Assembly (NCBI GenBank): GCA_002269645.1
Contig: NIVC01000509.1
Location: 124,001-188,000, forward strand
Reading direction: 5' to 3'
Source: Macrostomum lignano
Taxonomy: Eukaryota
Length of the DNA: 64,000 nt
Both the position numbers and the translations under genes were made by a program. Positions within the stretch are counted from its first letter, which is position 1. The number at the start of each line of letters is the position of its first letter. This document shows, piece by piece, positions 32,671 through 45,568 of the stretch. The notes beneath the pieces are model-generated. The model saw nothing but the letters and a program-made list of their open reading frames with translations. It ran no database searches and was not told the DNA's origin.

Positions 32671-32699
32671 GCATGGCTTTTTCTACTCCTTTCCGCTCA

Positions 32700-32731
32700 G
32701 CTTTGTCTGTCTCTGTCTGTCTGTCTGTCTC

Positions 32732-32774
<43 letters not shown>

Positions 32775-32791
32775 GCCTGCCCGTCTGTCTA

Positions 32792-32859
<68 letters not shown>

Positions 32860-32945
32860 CATCTGTCTGTCTGTCTGTTTCTGTCTGTCGGTCTGTCCAT
32901 CTGTCTGTTTCTATCTGCCTGTCTGTCCATCTGTCCGTCTGTCTT
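32700..32945. repeat. (CTGT)n microsatellite just 3' of the MATH-BTB stop
   Basis: Direct observation. Confidence 0.95.
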
Positions 32946-33619
32946 TAGTTCCTACCTGTCTTGTTGACTATCAGTTGCCAGATAATCAAGAATCTATCAA
33001 GCTACCAAATCTTTGTTGAGTCTCCGCTGCTGTTTATACAAGGTGTGAGCAGCACTATAACAGCGCAATGTCCATTGCTTACACTAAATTACATTAAAAA
33101 CAATGTAAACTCCACCACATGTTTTTATAAAATGCAACCGTCTTCATCGGAGCTGTTGATAAAATCTCATGCACAGGTTTTTGTCTATAGGATTTGTCAT
33201 CACTCAGTCCTCATTCGTAGCTGTACTTACTACAGTGACCAAGTGTCAGCAGCCCCTGTACCCATCGTATCTATTTGTTTATACCTTGCCTCTCTTTTGT
33301 CAATTTCGTCTGTAATAAAAATACTGTTATTATAATGAAAGTATTGTAAAAAAAGTTACTTCAATATCTTTCTGCACTTAGAATTTTGTATTTAATAATA
33401 GTTAATGCACAACAATATTGTGCGATTTCTGTTCGTTACGTATTGTATTAATATTGTAACTAAGTCATTAGAGTGGTTTCATACTCGTAGTATATTATTC
33501 ATGTAGTTATCTTCAATTTTATAGAATTATTATTATTTAACAAGAGTTTATTACTTTGAATATAGAGTCTTGCTAATGTTTTACCTTTATTCAGCTAAAA
33601 GTCCCTGATCTATACCCTC

Positions 33620-34240
33620 TGAACCCTCCCTGATCTATACTCTCTCAACCCTCCCTGATCTATACCCTCTCAACCCTCCCTGATCTATACCCTCTCAACC
33701 CTCCCTGATCTATACCCTCTCAACCCTCCCTGATGTATACCCTCTCAACCCTCCCTGATCTATACCCTCTCAACCCTCCCTGAACGATACCATCAACCCT
33801 CTCTGATCTATACCCTCTAAACCCTCTCTGATCTATACCCTCTGAACCCTCCCTGATCTATACCCTCTCAACCCTCTCTGATCTATACCCTCTGAACCCT
33901 CTCTGATCTATACCCTCTCAACCCTCCCTGATCTATACCCTCTCAACCCTCTCTGATCTATACCCTCTCAACCCTCTCTGATCTATACCCTCTCAACCCT
34001 CCCTGATCTATACCCTCTCAACCCTCTCTGATCTATACCCTCTCAACCCTCCCTGATCTATACCCTCTCAACCCTCTCTGATCTATACCCTCTCAACCCT
34101 CTCTGATCTATACCCTCTCAACCCTCCCTGATCTATACCCTCTCAACCCTCTCTGATCTATACCCTCTCAACCCTCCCTGATCTATACCCTCTGAAGCCT
34201 CCCTGATCTATACCCTCTCAATCCTCCCTCATCTATACCC
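33620..34240. repeat. 25-bp pyrimidine-rich minisatellite (CCCTCTCAACCCTCCCTGATCTATA)
   Basis: Period 25. Confidence 0.95.
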
Positions 34241-34914
34241 CGATTTGCTCTGTACAGTCATGGCTCGTCTCTAATCGCTAATTTCTCCTATAGAGAACGC
34301 AGTTTCTGTTTTACAATGCAAGACATACTCAGTTAATCATCTATTGTAGTTAATCAGATCATTTTTCTTATTATTGTTGTATTGTAAAAGCTTATAATTG
34401 ATTGCTCTCATTACATTTGTGATCTGCAGTGTGATATTTATAATTTTTTTATAATGCATACTTCACCTACGGTAGTTTTCTCCATTTATTTTCTGATGTC
34501 TTCTGACTCTAGACATCTTTTTCCTTGCCTCTTCTTTCGCCATCGTGCAGCAGTCTTCTTTGTTTTCAAAGTTAATTAATTTAGCGTTAATTTACATCAT
34601 GCCGCATCCACCAAATTTTGCTCTTAGCGTTTGCAATGCAATGTTATTGTCTGAGTTTCCCTACGGTCTTGTTTAAATCATCGTATTGTTCAGTCTGTTG
34701 TAACAGTAAATATTTGTTGTTCCCTTATGTTATTTCGATTGTTTTATTCGATAAAAATATCTTAGTTCGAATTGTTATTTGATGCTTTTGAAGGTAATAA
34801 ATTCGGATGTATTGTGTCGTTCCTTTGTCTTTTATCGACTTCTCTGCTTTTGCTCGTTCTTTGTACAATTTTTTAGTTCTTAAATTTAGTTCTTAAATCA
34901 TATTCGCTAGCCCT

Positions 34915-35920
34915 CAGTTGCTGGGCCAGCCTCCCAGATCCTCAGTTGCTGGGCCAGCCTCCCCCAGATCCTCAGTTGCTGGGCCAGCCTCCCAGATCCT
35001 CAGCTGCTGGGCCAGCCTCCCAGATCCTCAGTTGCTGGGCCAGCCTCCCACATCCTCGGTTGCTGGGCCAGCCTCCCAGATCCTCAGTTGCTGGGCCAGC
35101 CTCCCACATCCTCGGTTGCTGGGCCAGCCTCCCAGATCCTCAGTTGCTGGGCCAGCCTCCCAGATCCTCTGTTGCTGGGCCAGCCTTCCAGATCCTCAGT
35201 TGCTGGGCCAGCCTCCCAGATCCTCGGTTGCTGGGCCAGCCTCCCAGAGTGTCAGTTGCTGGGCCAGCCTCCCAGATCCTCAGTTTCTGGGCCAGCCTCC
35301 CAGATCCTCAGTTGCTGGGCCAGCCTCCCAGAGTGTCAGTTGCTGGGCCAGCCTCCCAGATGCCCAGTTGCTGGGCCAGCCTCCCAGATGCTCAGTTGCT
35401 GGGCCAGCCTCCCAGATCCTCAGTTGCTGGGCCAGCCTCCCAGATCCTCAGTTGCTGGGCCAGCCTCCCACATCCTCGGTTGCTGAGCCAGCCTCCCAGA
35501 TCCTCAGTTGCTGGGCCAGCCTCCCACATCCTCGGTTGCTGGGCCAGCCTCCCAGATCCTCAGTTGCTGGGCCAGCCTCCCAGAGTGTCAGTTGCTGGGC
35601 CAGCCTCCCAGATCCTCAGTTGCTGGGCCAGCCTCCCCCAGATCCTCAGTTGCTGGGCCAGCCTCCCAGATCCTCAGCTGCTGGGCCAGCCTCCCAGATC
35701 CTCAGTTGCTGGGCCAGCCTCCCACATCCTCGGTTGCTGGGCCAGCCTCCCAGATCCTCAGTTGCTGGGCCAGCCTCCCAGAGTGTCAGTTGCTGGGCCA
35801 GCCTCCCAGATCCTCAGTTGCTGGGCCAGCCTCCCAGAGTGTCAGTTGCTGGGCCAGCCTCCCAGATCCTCAGTTGCTGGGCCAGCCTCCCAGATCCTCA
35901 GTTGCTGGGCCAGCCTCCCT
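34915..35920. repeat. 28-bp minisatellite (CAGTTGCTGGGCCAGCCTCCCAGATCCT)
   Basis: Period 28; explains ORFs in all three + frames. Confidence 0.96.
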
Positions 35921-36220
35921 GACCACAGTCGATTGGTCACAATAAAACTCCCACATCATTAAAATGATTCAAATCCCTGATCGTAAAGTCATGAATCATA
36001 TGCATGCTCCACAACCGGAAGATGTGACAAGCAGGCCGGAACCGCAATCGCTTCAACTAATTCCGGCTGGCACACTTGCTACTTTAGCTACTTAATTGAA
36101 ATGACAAACAAGTAGCATCTAGCGAATATATACAGAGTTGTGCGCTTATTTGCTGCTATCACTATTTCTGGTAACTGAAACCGTTTGTCAAGTTTGTCAA
36201 TCATCCTCACCAGCATCATC

Positions 36221-39200
36221 ATGAGTGTGTACTCAATGGACTCAAACGATTCCGATAGTTCGATTCTATCATCGGCAACGCTACCCGATCTCGACCAGGC
36301 GTCGCCGTTGCAGGAGCGCCAATTGAACGGCAGTCACGTGGCCAAGGCGTGCTTCAAATGCCGGCCACAGTCGCATCCATTCAGCGAGCGCCAAGTGCCG
36401 GTTGTTGAACTCATCAAAATTGGCCGTTCCGTTGCCAAATCCAAGCCAGACGCTGGCAATGCGATTTTCGATTGCAAAGTGCTGAGCAGGAATCACGCCG
36501 TGCTGTGGTGCGTTTTGCGGTTTCATAATATTTTTTATTGATTCTCCCAATCTGTGTTGGCTAGCCGAGTAGAATGGATAGCCGAGTAGCTGAAGGACCC
36601 TGGTTCGATCCCCTGAGCGGCCACATTATCCCCATACCGATTCTTGAAATATCCAACCCGATTCTTGAAATATCCAACCTGATTCTTGGAATCCCATCTC
36701 CGCTTCAATTCTTGGAATCCCCAATCCGATTCTTGGAATCCCCAATCCGATTCTTGGAATCCCATCTCTGAATCTCGGAATCCCATCTCCGATTCTTGGA
36801 ATCCCACTTCGATTCTTGGAATCCCCAATCCGATTCTTGGAATCCCCAACCCGATTCTTGGAATCCCATCTCTGAATCTCGGAATCCCATCTCCGATTCT
36901 TGGAATCCCCACTCCGATTCTTGGAATCCCATCTCTGAATCTCGGAATCCCCACTCCGATTCTTGGAATCCCATCTCTGATTCTCGGAATCCCATCTCCG
37001 ATTCTTGAAATCCCCAATCTGATTCTTGGAATCCCATCTCCGATTCTTGGAATCCCATCTCCGATTCTTGGAATCCCATCTCCGATTCTTGGAATCCTAT
37101 CTCTGAATCTCGGAATCCCATTTTCGATTCTTGGAATCCCATCTCCGATTCTTGGAATCCCAACCCGATTCTTGTAATCCCTTTCCGATTCTTGTAATCC
37201 CATCTCTGATTCTTGGAATCCCCAATCCGATTCTTGGAATCCTATCTCTGATTCTTGGAATCCCTTTCCGATTCTTGGAATCCCTTTTCTGATTCTTGGA
37301 CTCCCATTTCTAATTTTTGGAATCCCTAATCCGATTCTTGGAATCCCATCTCTGATTCTTGAAATCCCATCTCTGATTCTTGGAATCCCCAATCCGATTC
37401 TTAGAATCCCAATCCGATTCTTGGAATCCCCAATCAGATTCTTAAAATCCCCACTCCGATTCTTGGAATCCCATCTCTGATTCTTGGAATCCCGTCTCCA
37501 ATTCTCGGATGATCGATAATAGATTCTGAGAACCCTATTCTAGTTTCTTGGAATCTCAACCTATTTTTTTGGGGCCTGATCCTAGATTCTGAGAACCCTA
37601 TCCTTAATTCTGGTTAGCCCACCATCAATTCCGAAGGCCTCATTTAAAGAAATCCAATTTTGTTTTTCTGTTAAGGTACGAGGACGGCAAGTTCTGGCTG
37701 AAAGACACCAAAAGCAGCAACGGCACGTTTGTTAATAATCAACGCTTAGGCAAGGGCAACGAGGAGAGCGCGCCTCGAGAGCTGTACAGCGGCGACATTG
37801 TCCAGCTAGGTGTTGACGTGATGGAGAACACCAAGAAGGTCACCCACGGCTGCATCATTGCCCAGGTGACGCTGTTTCATCCCGACGGTAGCGAAGCTCG
37901 CCGACCTCCAACATCGGCAATGACGGCAGCAGGCGGCAGCGGCGGCGAAGGCTCCAGCGGAGGTCCCGGCGGGCCGGCCAGTGCTCAGGCGAACTCGGTG
38001 AACCAGGAGCAGCTGTACCAGCTCAGCCAGTACCTACAGGAGGCTCTGCATCGCGAGAACACCATCGGGGCTAAATTGGACAAATTTCGCGAATTACTAG
38101 ACAGCGTCGGAGCTCTCGGCGACGCGTCCTGGTCGGCTGTGCTCAACGAGGAGCGGCTGTTGGCCCGGCTAGAGCTGCTGGAGAATCAGCTGGCTTTGGC
38201 CAGGTCTAACAGCGGCGTCGGCGGCGGCAATGACGGCGTACGCGACTGTCTGCAAGAAGCCGTCGAACGGCAGGCCAAGGCCGAGGAGGCGCTGAAAGCT
38301 CGCCTAGACGCCTGTCTGGCCGAGCGCGGCCAAGCTCTGGAACGGGCCGGCCAGTTGGAGCGCGGCTGGTTGGAAAGTCGCGACGAGGCTCGAGAATTGA
38401 GAGACGCCTGCGGTCAGGCCAGGGAGCAGCTGCAGGCCCTGTCGGCTCAGTACGATCGGGACACTGGCCAGCTCAAGCAGGAGCTGGCCGCTGCGAAGCA
38501 GGAGGGCGCTGCTCTGGCTGGGGAGGTGCGTTGCTAATGAAATCTTTCTTAAAATCTGTTTGTTCTATGGAGTTTTGGAGTTTTATGGTTCGATTCTAGT
38601 TTGTGTCCTTGAGCAACACACTTAGCTCTATGCATTGCTTCAGTTCACCCAGCTGTAAAATGGGTGCCAGCATTAGCTGGGTAATTGAGGGTGTGTGTGG
38701 CGAACCCCTTAGTCCTTGGACTGAACAGCCATATGCAGCCTTCAGATGCGCCGCTCAATAACTGCGGCTGAGCTGTCGGTTGCATATCTGGCTCAATTTG
38801 GGAAGGTGTAATCAATTTTTTTAGTGCTTTTATAATTCTCTGCCAATTAATTCTTAGAATCCTGAGTCTTAAAATCCTAGCTCTTACGAGTAAAATCCTG
38901 ACTCATAGAATCCTGACTCTTACAAGTTGAATCCTGACTCTTAAAATCCTGACTCTTACAAGTAGAATCCTAACTTATAGAATCCTGACTCTTTTGAGTA
39001 GAATCCTGACTCTTACGAGTAGAATCCTGACTCTTTTGAGTAGAATCCTGACTCTTACGAGCAGAATCCTGACTCTTACGAGTAGAAATCCTGACTCTTA
39101 CAAGTAGAATCCTAACTCATAGAATCCTGACTCTTTTGAGTAGAATCCTGACTCTTACGAGTAGAAATCCTGACTCTTACGAGTAGAAATCCTGACTCTT

Positions 39201-42066
39201 ACGAGTAGAAATCCTGACTCTTACGAGTAGAAATCCTGACTCTTACGAGTAGAATCCTGACTCTTACGAGTAGAATCCTGACTCTTACGAGTAGAAATCA
39301 TGACTCTTACGAGTAGAATCCTGACTCTTACGAGTAGAATCCTGACTCTTACGAGTAGAATCCTGACTCTTACGAGTAGAAATCCTGACTCTTACGAGTA
39401 GAATCCTGACTCTTACGAGTAGAATCCTGACTCTTACGAGTAGAAATCCTGACTCTTACGAGTAGAAATCCTGACTCTTACGAGTAGAAATCCTGACTCT
39501 TACGAGTAGAAATCCAGCCTCTTACGAGTAGAAATCATGACTCTTACGAGTAGAATCCTGACTCTTACGAGTAGAAATCCTGACTCTTACGAGTAGAATC
39601 CTGACTCTTACGAGTAGAATCCTGACTCTTACGAGTAGAAATCCAGCCTCTTACGAGTAGAAATCATGACTCTTACGAGTAGAAATCCTGACTCTTACGA
39701 GTAGAAATCCTGACTCTTACGAGTAGAAATCCTGACTCTTACGAGTAGAAATCCTGACTCTTACGAGTAGAAATCCTGACTCTTACGAGTAGAAATCCTG
39801 ACTCTTACGAGTAGAATCCTGACTCTTACGAGTAGAATCCTGACTCTTACGAGTAGAAATCCTGACTCTTACGAGTAGAATCCTGACTCATTCATTGAAA
39901 TCCCATCGCCCCCAATCAGATCCGCGACCTCGGCGGCGCTCTCGTGGATCAGAGCTTCGCCGATCTTGATCGACAGCTCCTGGCAGCTGAGCAACCGGAC
40001 AAAGCCGCTGACGCTGCCGCCGCAACAGCCGCCTCCACCGCCGACAATGTTGACGGTGATGGAGCAGGAAATTCTCCTCCAGCAGCATCAGCAGCTGCTC
40101 CGTCCGATGCAGATTCATCAGCAGGTGTCAGCGGCGGCTGCGGCGTCACCACAGCGCAGTCCGGAGTTCGAATCTCCGTTCCTACTGCTGACACTGCCGT
40201 ACAGGCCGCTGATGAGTCCTCTTCGCCAGTTACAGACGAGCCGGCCGAAGCCGAATTGAGAACCCAATTGCAGGTGAGTCGATATGTCCTACTTCGTATG
40301 GAGAGTGGAGGGGTTTTCAGTTTTTTGAGGCGCATCTTGAGAGCGAGCTGGACCAGTCACACTTGGCTTACAACCAAGAACATCTTGGTCTTTGACGTTG
40401 TCAAGGATGAGATGGGGATAGGTCGGTTTCTTAGAAAGTCTTTGAATTGAAGGCCGGATTTTACATCAGGCACGCACTCAAACACATGCTCTACTCCTGA
40501 GCACAGACAAGCGCGCCAATACTGTACTCAGGCACGCACTCAAACACATGCTCTACTCCTGAGCACAGACAAGCGCGCCAATACTGTACTCAGGCACGCA
40601 CTCAAACACATGCTCTACTCCTGAGCACAGACAAGCGCGCCAATACTGTACTCAGGCACGCACTCAAACACATGCTCTACTCCTGAGCACAGACAAGCGC
40701 GCCAATACTGTACTCAGGCACGCACTCAAACACATGCTCTACTCCTGAGCACAGACAAGCGCGCCAATACTGTACTCAGGCACGCACTCAAACACATGCT
40801 CTACTCCTGAGCACAGACAAGCGCGCCAATACTGTACTCAGGCACGCACTCAAACACATGCTCTACTCCTGAGCACAGACAAGCGCGCCAATACTGTACT
40901 CAGGCACGCACTCAAACACATGCTCTACTCCTGAGCACAGACAAGCGCGCCAATACTGTACTCAGGCACGCACTCAAACACATGCTCTACTCCTGAGCAC
41001 AGACAAGCGCGCCAATACTGTACTCAGGCACGCACTCAAACACATGCTCTACTCCTGAGCACAGACAAGCGCGCCAATACTGTACTCAGGCACGCACTCA
41101 AACACATGCTCTACTCCTGAGCACAGACAAGCGCGCCAATACTGTACTCAGGCACGCACTCAAACACATGCTCTACTCCTGAGCACACAGACAAGCGCGC
41201 CAATACTGTACTCAGGCACGCACTCAAACACATGCTCTACTCCTGAGCACACAGACAAGCGCGCCAATACTGTACTCAGGCACGCACTCAAACACATGCT
41301 CACACAGGGTGTACAAAGTCCCTGAGATTATCTTATCGTCAGGCATGTACACTCTGATAATTTACCCCAATTAAGATTCTAAATAATCGCCGATATGTAT
41401 CGAAAATAACTTCACCGCCGACTGCAGGTGTACCGCGACCTCGTAGCCGAACAGCAAGACGCCCTCGACGTCTCCGGTCGCAACGTGGCCAATCTTCATC
41501 GCCAGCTGGAATCCGCCTTGACCCAAATATCCCAACTAGAATCCCAACTGCCCCAAGCTGAAGCGGAAGCCAACCAACCGGAAGTTGATTCCCAACCGGA
41601 AACGGAAGTGAAGGATCCGGACGCTGACGCGCCTGTAACAGCTGATTGGCTAATCGGTTTGCTGCGCCGACTACGCGCCGATGCCGACAGTCTGGCTCGA
41701 GCTGAGCAGCTTCTGTCGGCCGCCGCCGCTGCCCCCGCGGCGCCAGAATCTGCCGCCGATCTGCGCAGCCGCCTGGCAGATTCGCTAGCCGAAACTGATC
41801 GTCTGCGCGCCGACTACGCGGCCTCGCTAGAACGAGTCGCCGCCGCGGAAGCCGATCTTGAGCAGGGTCGGCGAGAGCGCGACCGCCTAGCTGAGCAGTG
41901 CCGCGAATTGCAAGCCGCGTCGCGTCAAGCTTTGGACGCTGAGCGGCTTCAATTGCAACGCCTGACAGAGCGGAATCGGCTGTTGTCGGCTGCGGCTGCG
42001 CTGCCGCTGCTCATCCTGCTGGTGTCCCTGACTGTGTCGCTTTATACCTGGCTGACTGGCCGATGA
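36221..42066 (+). CDS. SLMAP: Sarcolemmal membrane-associated protein (FHA + coiled coil + tail anchor), ~709 aa
   Basis: Exons 36221-36507, 37676-38525, 39920-40273 and 41428-42066. FHA motifs [25 protein letters not shown]|[24 protein letters not shown] and [17 protein letters not shown]. Long coiled coils and C-terminal [17 protein letters not shown]. Confidence 0.93.
36555..36625 (+). mobile_element. tRNA-like/SINE head fragment in SLMAP intron 1
   Basis: A-box-like TAGCCGAGTAG and B-box GGTTCGATCCC (36602-36612); no complete cloverleaf. Confidence 0.45.
36640..37500. repeat. ~21-bp minisatellite (CCGATTCTTGGAATCCCATCT) in SLMAP intron 1
   Basis: Direct observation. Confidence 0.94.
38585..38790 (+). 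mobile_element. 5'-truncated CORE-like SINE copy in SLMAP intron 2
   Basis: B-box GGTTCGATTCT, then TGTGTCCTTGAGCAACACACTTA...TGCATTGCTTCAGTTCACCCAGCTGTAAAATGGG, shared with the 60.3-kb copy. Confidence 0.7.
38860..39890. repeat. 21/22-bp minisatellite (AGAA(A)TCCTGACTCTTACGAGT) in SLMAP intron 2
   Basis: Direct observation. Confidence 0.96.
40465..41300. repeat. 62-bp minisatellite in SLMAP intron 3
   Basis: About 13 essentially identical units beginning CAGGCACGCACTCAAACACATGC. Confidence 0.97.
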
Positions 42067-42219
42067 CTTTTGTGCTTTGTGTTTGAGTACTTTGCGTAGC
42101 TTATTTGTTTGTTATTTTTAATTCGCTGCTTATAAAAATAACTTATAGCTATAAGCAATAATAACTTACAATGGTAATAATATAAAGCATATAATAAATA
42201 ATTGATTTATTATTATAGA

Positions 42220-42268
42220 TAGATAAATACATACATAGATAGATAGATAGATAGATACAGAAAGAGAG

Positions 42269-42366
<98 letters not shown>

Positions 42367-42467
42367 TAGATAGGCAGATAGGCAGATAGGCAGATACATA
42401 GATACATAGATAGATAGATAGGCAGATAGATAGATAGATAGATAGATAGATAAATTGATAGATGATT

Positions 42468-42520
<53 letters not shown>

Positions 42521-42554
42521 ATTGATAGATGATAGATAGATAGATAGATAGATG

Positions 42555-42599
<45 letters not shown>

Positions 42600-42609
42600 A
42601 TTGATAGAT

Positions 42610-42658
<49 letters not shown>

Positions 42659-42700
42659 ATTGATAGATGATAGATACATAGGTAGATAGATGGAGGTAGA
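42220..42700. repeat. (GA)n plus (GATA)n compound microsatellite
   Basis: Direct observation. Confidence 0.96.
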
Positions 42701-44780
42701 TAGAAGTATACAGCTGTTAACGCCTATATTCCCAGTTTAATCAAATACAATCCGAGCCTTTAAATAAATCTGAGGCTATCAAATGTCTGTAGTGCAGTCT
42801 CGAGTAGGTCTTGTGTAAATTTTAAATTAATATTTTTATTTATATAATAAAATTGCTTCAACCTAATCCCTCTTGCTTATTTCGTATAACTTGTTTTCAC
42901 CTGCATTGTTGATTTAATTATTAGCGAGTTAATATTATTGTCAAATCGAAAATTCGAAAGACTGCAAACAGTCACTGGTGCTTCTTTATAATAATTAATT
43001 TATAATTTGCATGTATAAACAGTGCATAGAATATTTACATGTTTCTCTTGTTGATTCAATTAACTGCCCTCTTCATACCCAGCTACTTACAATAGATATG
43101 TCTGAAATTAATTGATCCAATTTTATGTGTACTTTTTCATTGTTGCTACCACTTAGCAGTAGAAGCCGTTAGTAGTAGTAGTAGTAATTATAGTATATTA
43201 ACCGGTAAATGCCTTGTCTTCCAAAATAATCGCAACAAATATTAAACGACGTAAATTAAAATATTTTCCCATTTTTATAAGCAAAAATGGCAATGTAATT
43301 ATTAATTATTTTGGCAGAACACTGAGTCTGTCTTGCAGGCGTAATATGTTACTACTGACTGACTGTTAGTAGTTTGTACGCGCGTAACTTTCTTTTATTA
43401 ATATTGGGAACAAAATATTCACGTACTCTGCCTGCTTGCTTGTCGTGCGTTCCTACTTATCTGTGTAATATAACTTTGATTTCTCATTTTGCTTTTTGTA
43501 AAATACGCTCGTATAAAGTCTAGTAGTTTCTTATCATAAATAATAATTAGATGAAAATTATTATTTTTTTTAAAATTATACAAACGGTCAAAAAATTTTG
43601 TTTAAAGGTTCGAAAAGTCTAGTGCCGATATGTAGCGTAAAAAACTTAATAAAGCTACAATGTCAATGGAGGGGCGCTTTTCGAGTGTGTTTTTTTATCG
43701 TTTTTCCGTAATATCAGCGTATTAAATACGAACTAACAGGCTTTGCATACATAATAGATTTGGATTTTTAGTCCCACATAATGCTTTCTGTATTGCATAT
43801 TCTAGTAGTATAAACAAAAAATTATTTGAATATTTGTTCTCTCATTAATTTCGATACATATCGGCTAGTGGTGTAATTTTGTTTAAATGTGCCGATCAAA
43901 TCAATCTTCGCTAACTTGCTTCCAGTTGGTTTCTCTGGGAAGAAAGTTACTATTAATAGGCCTACTTTACGAACGCAACTTTTAGTTCAATCGATTTCGA
44001 CCTAAAAGCCGTGTCTCCGATATCTGCGTTTCAACTGTTTATCCGCAGTTTCTCGCGTGACGCTACTAACAGTAGTTAAAATCTATATAGAAGAATTCGT
44101 ACTGTTAGTAGCTGAATACCGCGAGCATCCTTTCAATTGAATAAAATATTACTTGATATTTTTTAAAATATTATTTTCTAGCTTTGCTTGGCTCCGCTTT
44201 CTGTTTAGAAGATTTCAAGGCCCCCAGGTGGGCTTTGCATGAATGCATATTATTGGCCTTTATGTACAAATATCACCGATTAGTCCTTAGCGTGGGACTG
44301 CTTATGAGACAGGGCCTTGGCGATTTTGTAAAAGTCCACATTTATATTTATATTTTTGGTCTATGCATTATCGATTGATTCTTTCACATGAACTGTCTTC
44401 AGTTAAACTCTCACGAGTTTTCTACCACATTTGGCTTTGTCTCCAATTCAATTTATTAGCCTGCGGAAGGATTATTAAGCATAAATATGCATACGCTAAT
44501 ACTGTCGATAAATAAAAGTGTGTCAATGATGTTCACCTGCTAATAATAATAATTATAGTTGCGGCTTTTCATTCTGGCGCACCTTTTAAAACAGTTTATT
44601 AACACAAAGTATTGTGTCTTATTATTTTTTATTTCTTTGTAATCTTTTAGATGCCTTCTAAACACCTAAAATTTATATCAAAATAACATTTTTAGCTCCC
44701 ACAGTCATAATTTAGGTCTTGTACAAAGTTTTAATGTTGTGAAGTGGGGTACTAATTTGATCTGTGGTGTTTTGAAAGAA

Positions 44781-45045
44781 CCTGTCAACTTAAGCTCATA
44801 AAGTGGAGCCCGGGTCTATGTACACAAATGATGCGTCATTCTGCTCACAGTGACAAAACTGGGACTTGGGATAAGTGAGAATAAATAAGGTGATAATTGG
44901 AAATATTATATCGACTTAAGCTAAGCTCAAAAAGTGGTGTCCCTAATTATCTCCTTGCTTATTCCCTTGTCACTGTGAGCAGAGTGACATATCATTTGTG
45001 TACATAGATTTCTCGGGCTGCACTTTATGAGCTTAAGTTGACAGG
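44781..45045. mobile_element. Non-autonomous TIR element (MITE) with ~77-bp inverted repeats
   Basis: 44781-44856 CCTGTCAACTTAAGCTCATAAAGTG...CACAGTGACAA is matched in reverse complement at 44967-45045. TSD is not clear. Confidence 0.8.
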
Positions 45046-45164
45046 CCCTTTAGGTCCTCTGGAAGTTTTTGCTGTAAAATTACTCTTATGTCCTTCAAGA
45101 TGTTGGTCTTCTGAATTTTTTGTCTTGTAAAATTTAAGTCTTAAAAAGTTTAGGTCTTGTGAAA

Positions 45165-45450
45165 TTTAGACTTTAAAAGTTTATTTAGGTCTTGAGAAGT
45201 TTAGGTCATGTGAAGTTTAGGTCCTGAGAAGTTTAGGTCATGTGAAGTTTAGGTCATGTGAAGTTTAGGTCCTGAGAAGTTTAGGTCATGTGAAGTTCAA
45301 GTCCTGAGAAGTTTAGGTCATGTGAAGTTTAAGTCCTGAGAAGTTTAGGTCATGTGAAGTTTAGGTCATGTGAAGTTTAGATCATGTGAAGTTTAGGTAT
45401 TATGAAGTTTAGGTCCTGAGAAGTTCAAGTCTTGAGAAGTTTAGGAGCAG
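45165..45450. repeat. 16-bp minisatellite (AAGTTTAGGTCATGTG / AAGTTTAGGTCCTGAG)
   Basis: Two alternating unit variants directly upstream of the TRIM-like gene. Confidence 0.92.
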
Positions 45451-45568
45451 TGAGACTGAATGCTAAACTTTTAGGTACTGTCCCAATTTCAATTAGAGTT
45501 TTCAGTATGACAATTCCCTGAGCAGTGATGAGGCTGACTGCAAGCTCTGCAACCACCGCCATTGCAGC

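Noticed and set aside
34918-35962. 334- and 338-aa Pro-rich ORFs
   Set aside because: A 28-bp repeat open in rotating frames, with no gene context.
36555-36625. Functional tRNA gene
   Set aside because: A and B boxes only; acceptor and anticodon stems do not form.
44063-44112. 13-bp hairpin GCTACTAACAGTA...TACTGTTAGTAGC as a pre-miRNA or Helitron end
   Set aside because: The stem is too short for a pre-miRNA, and no CTRR terminus follows at the expected distance.
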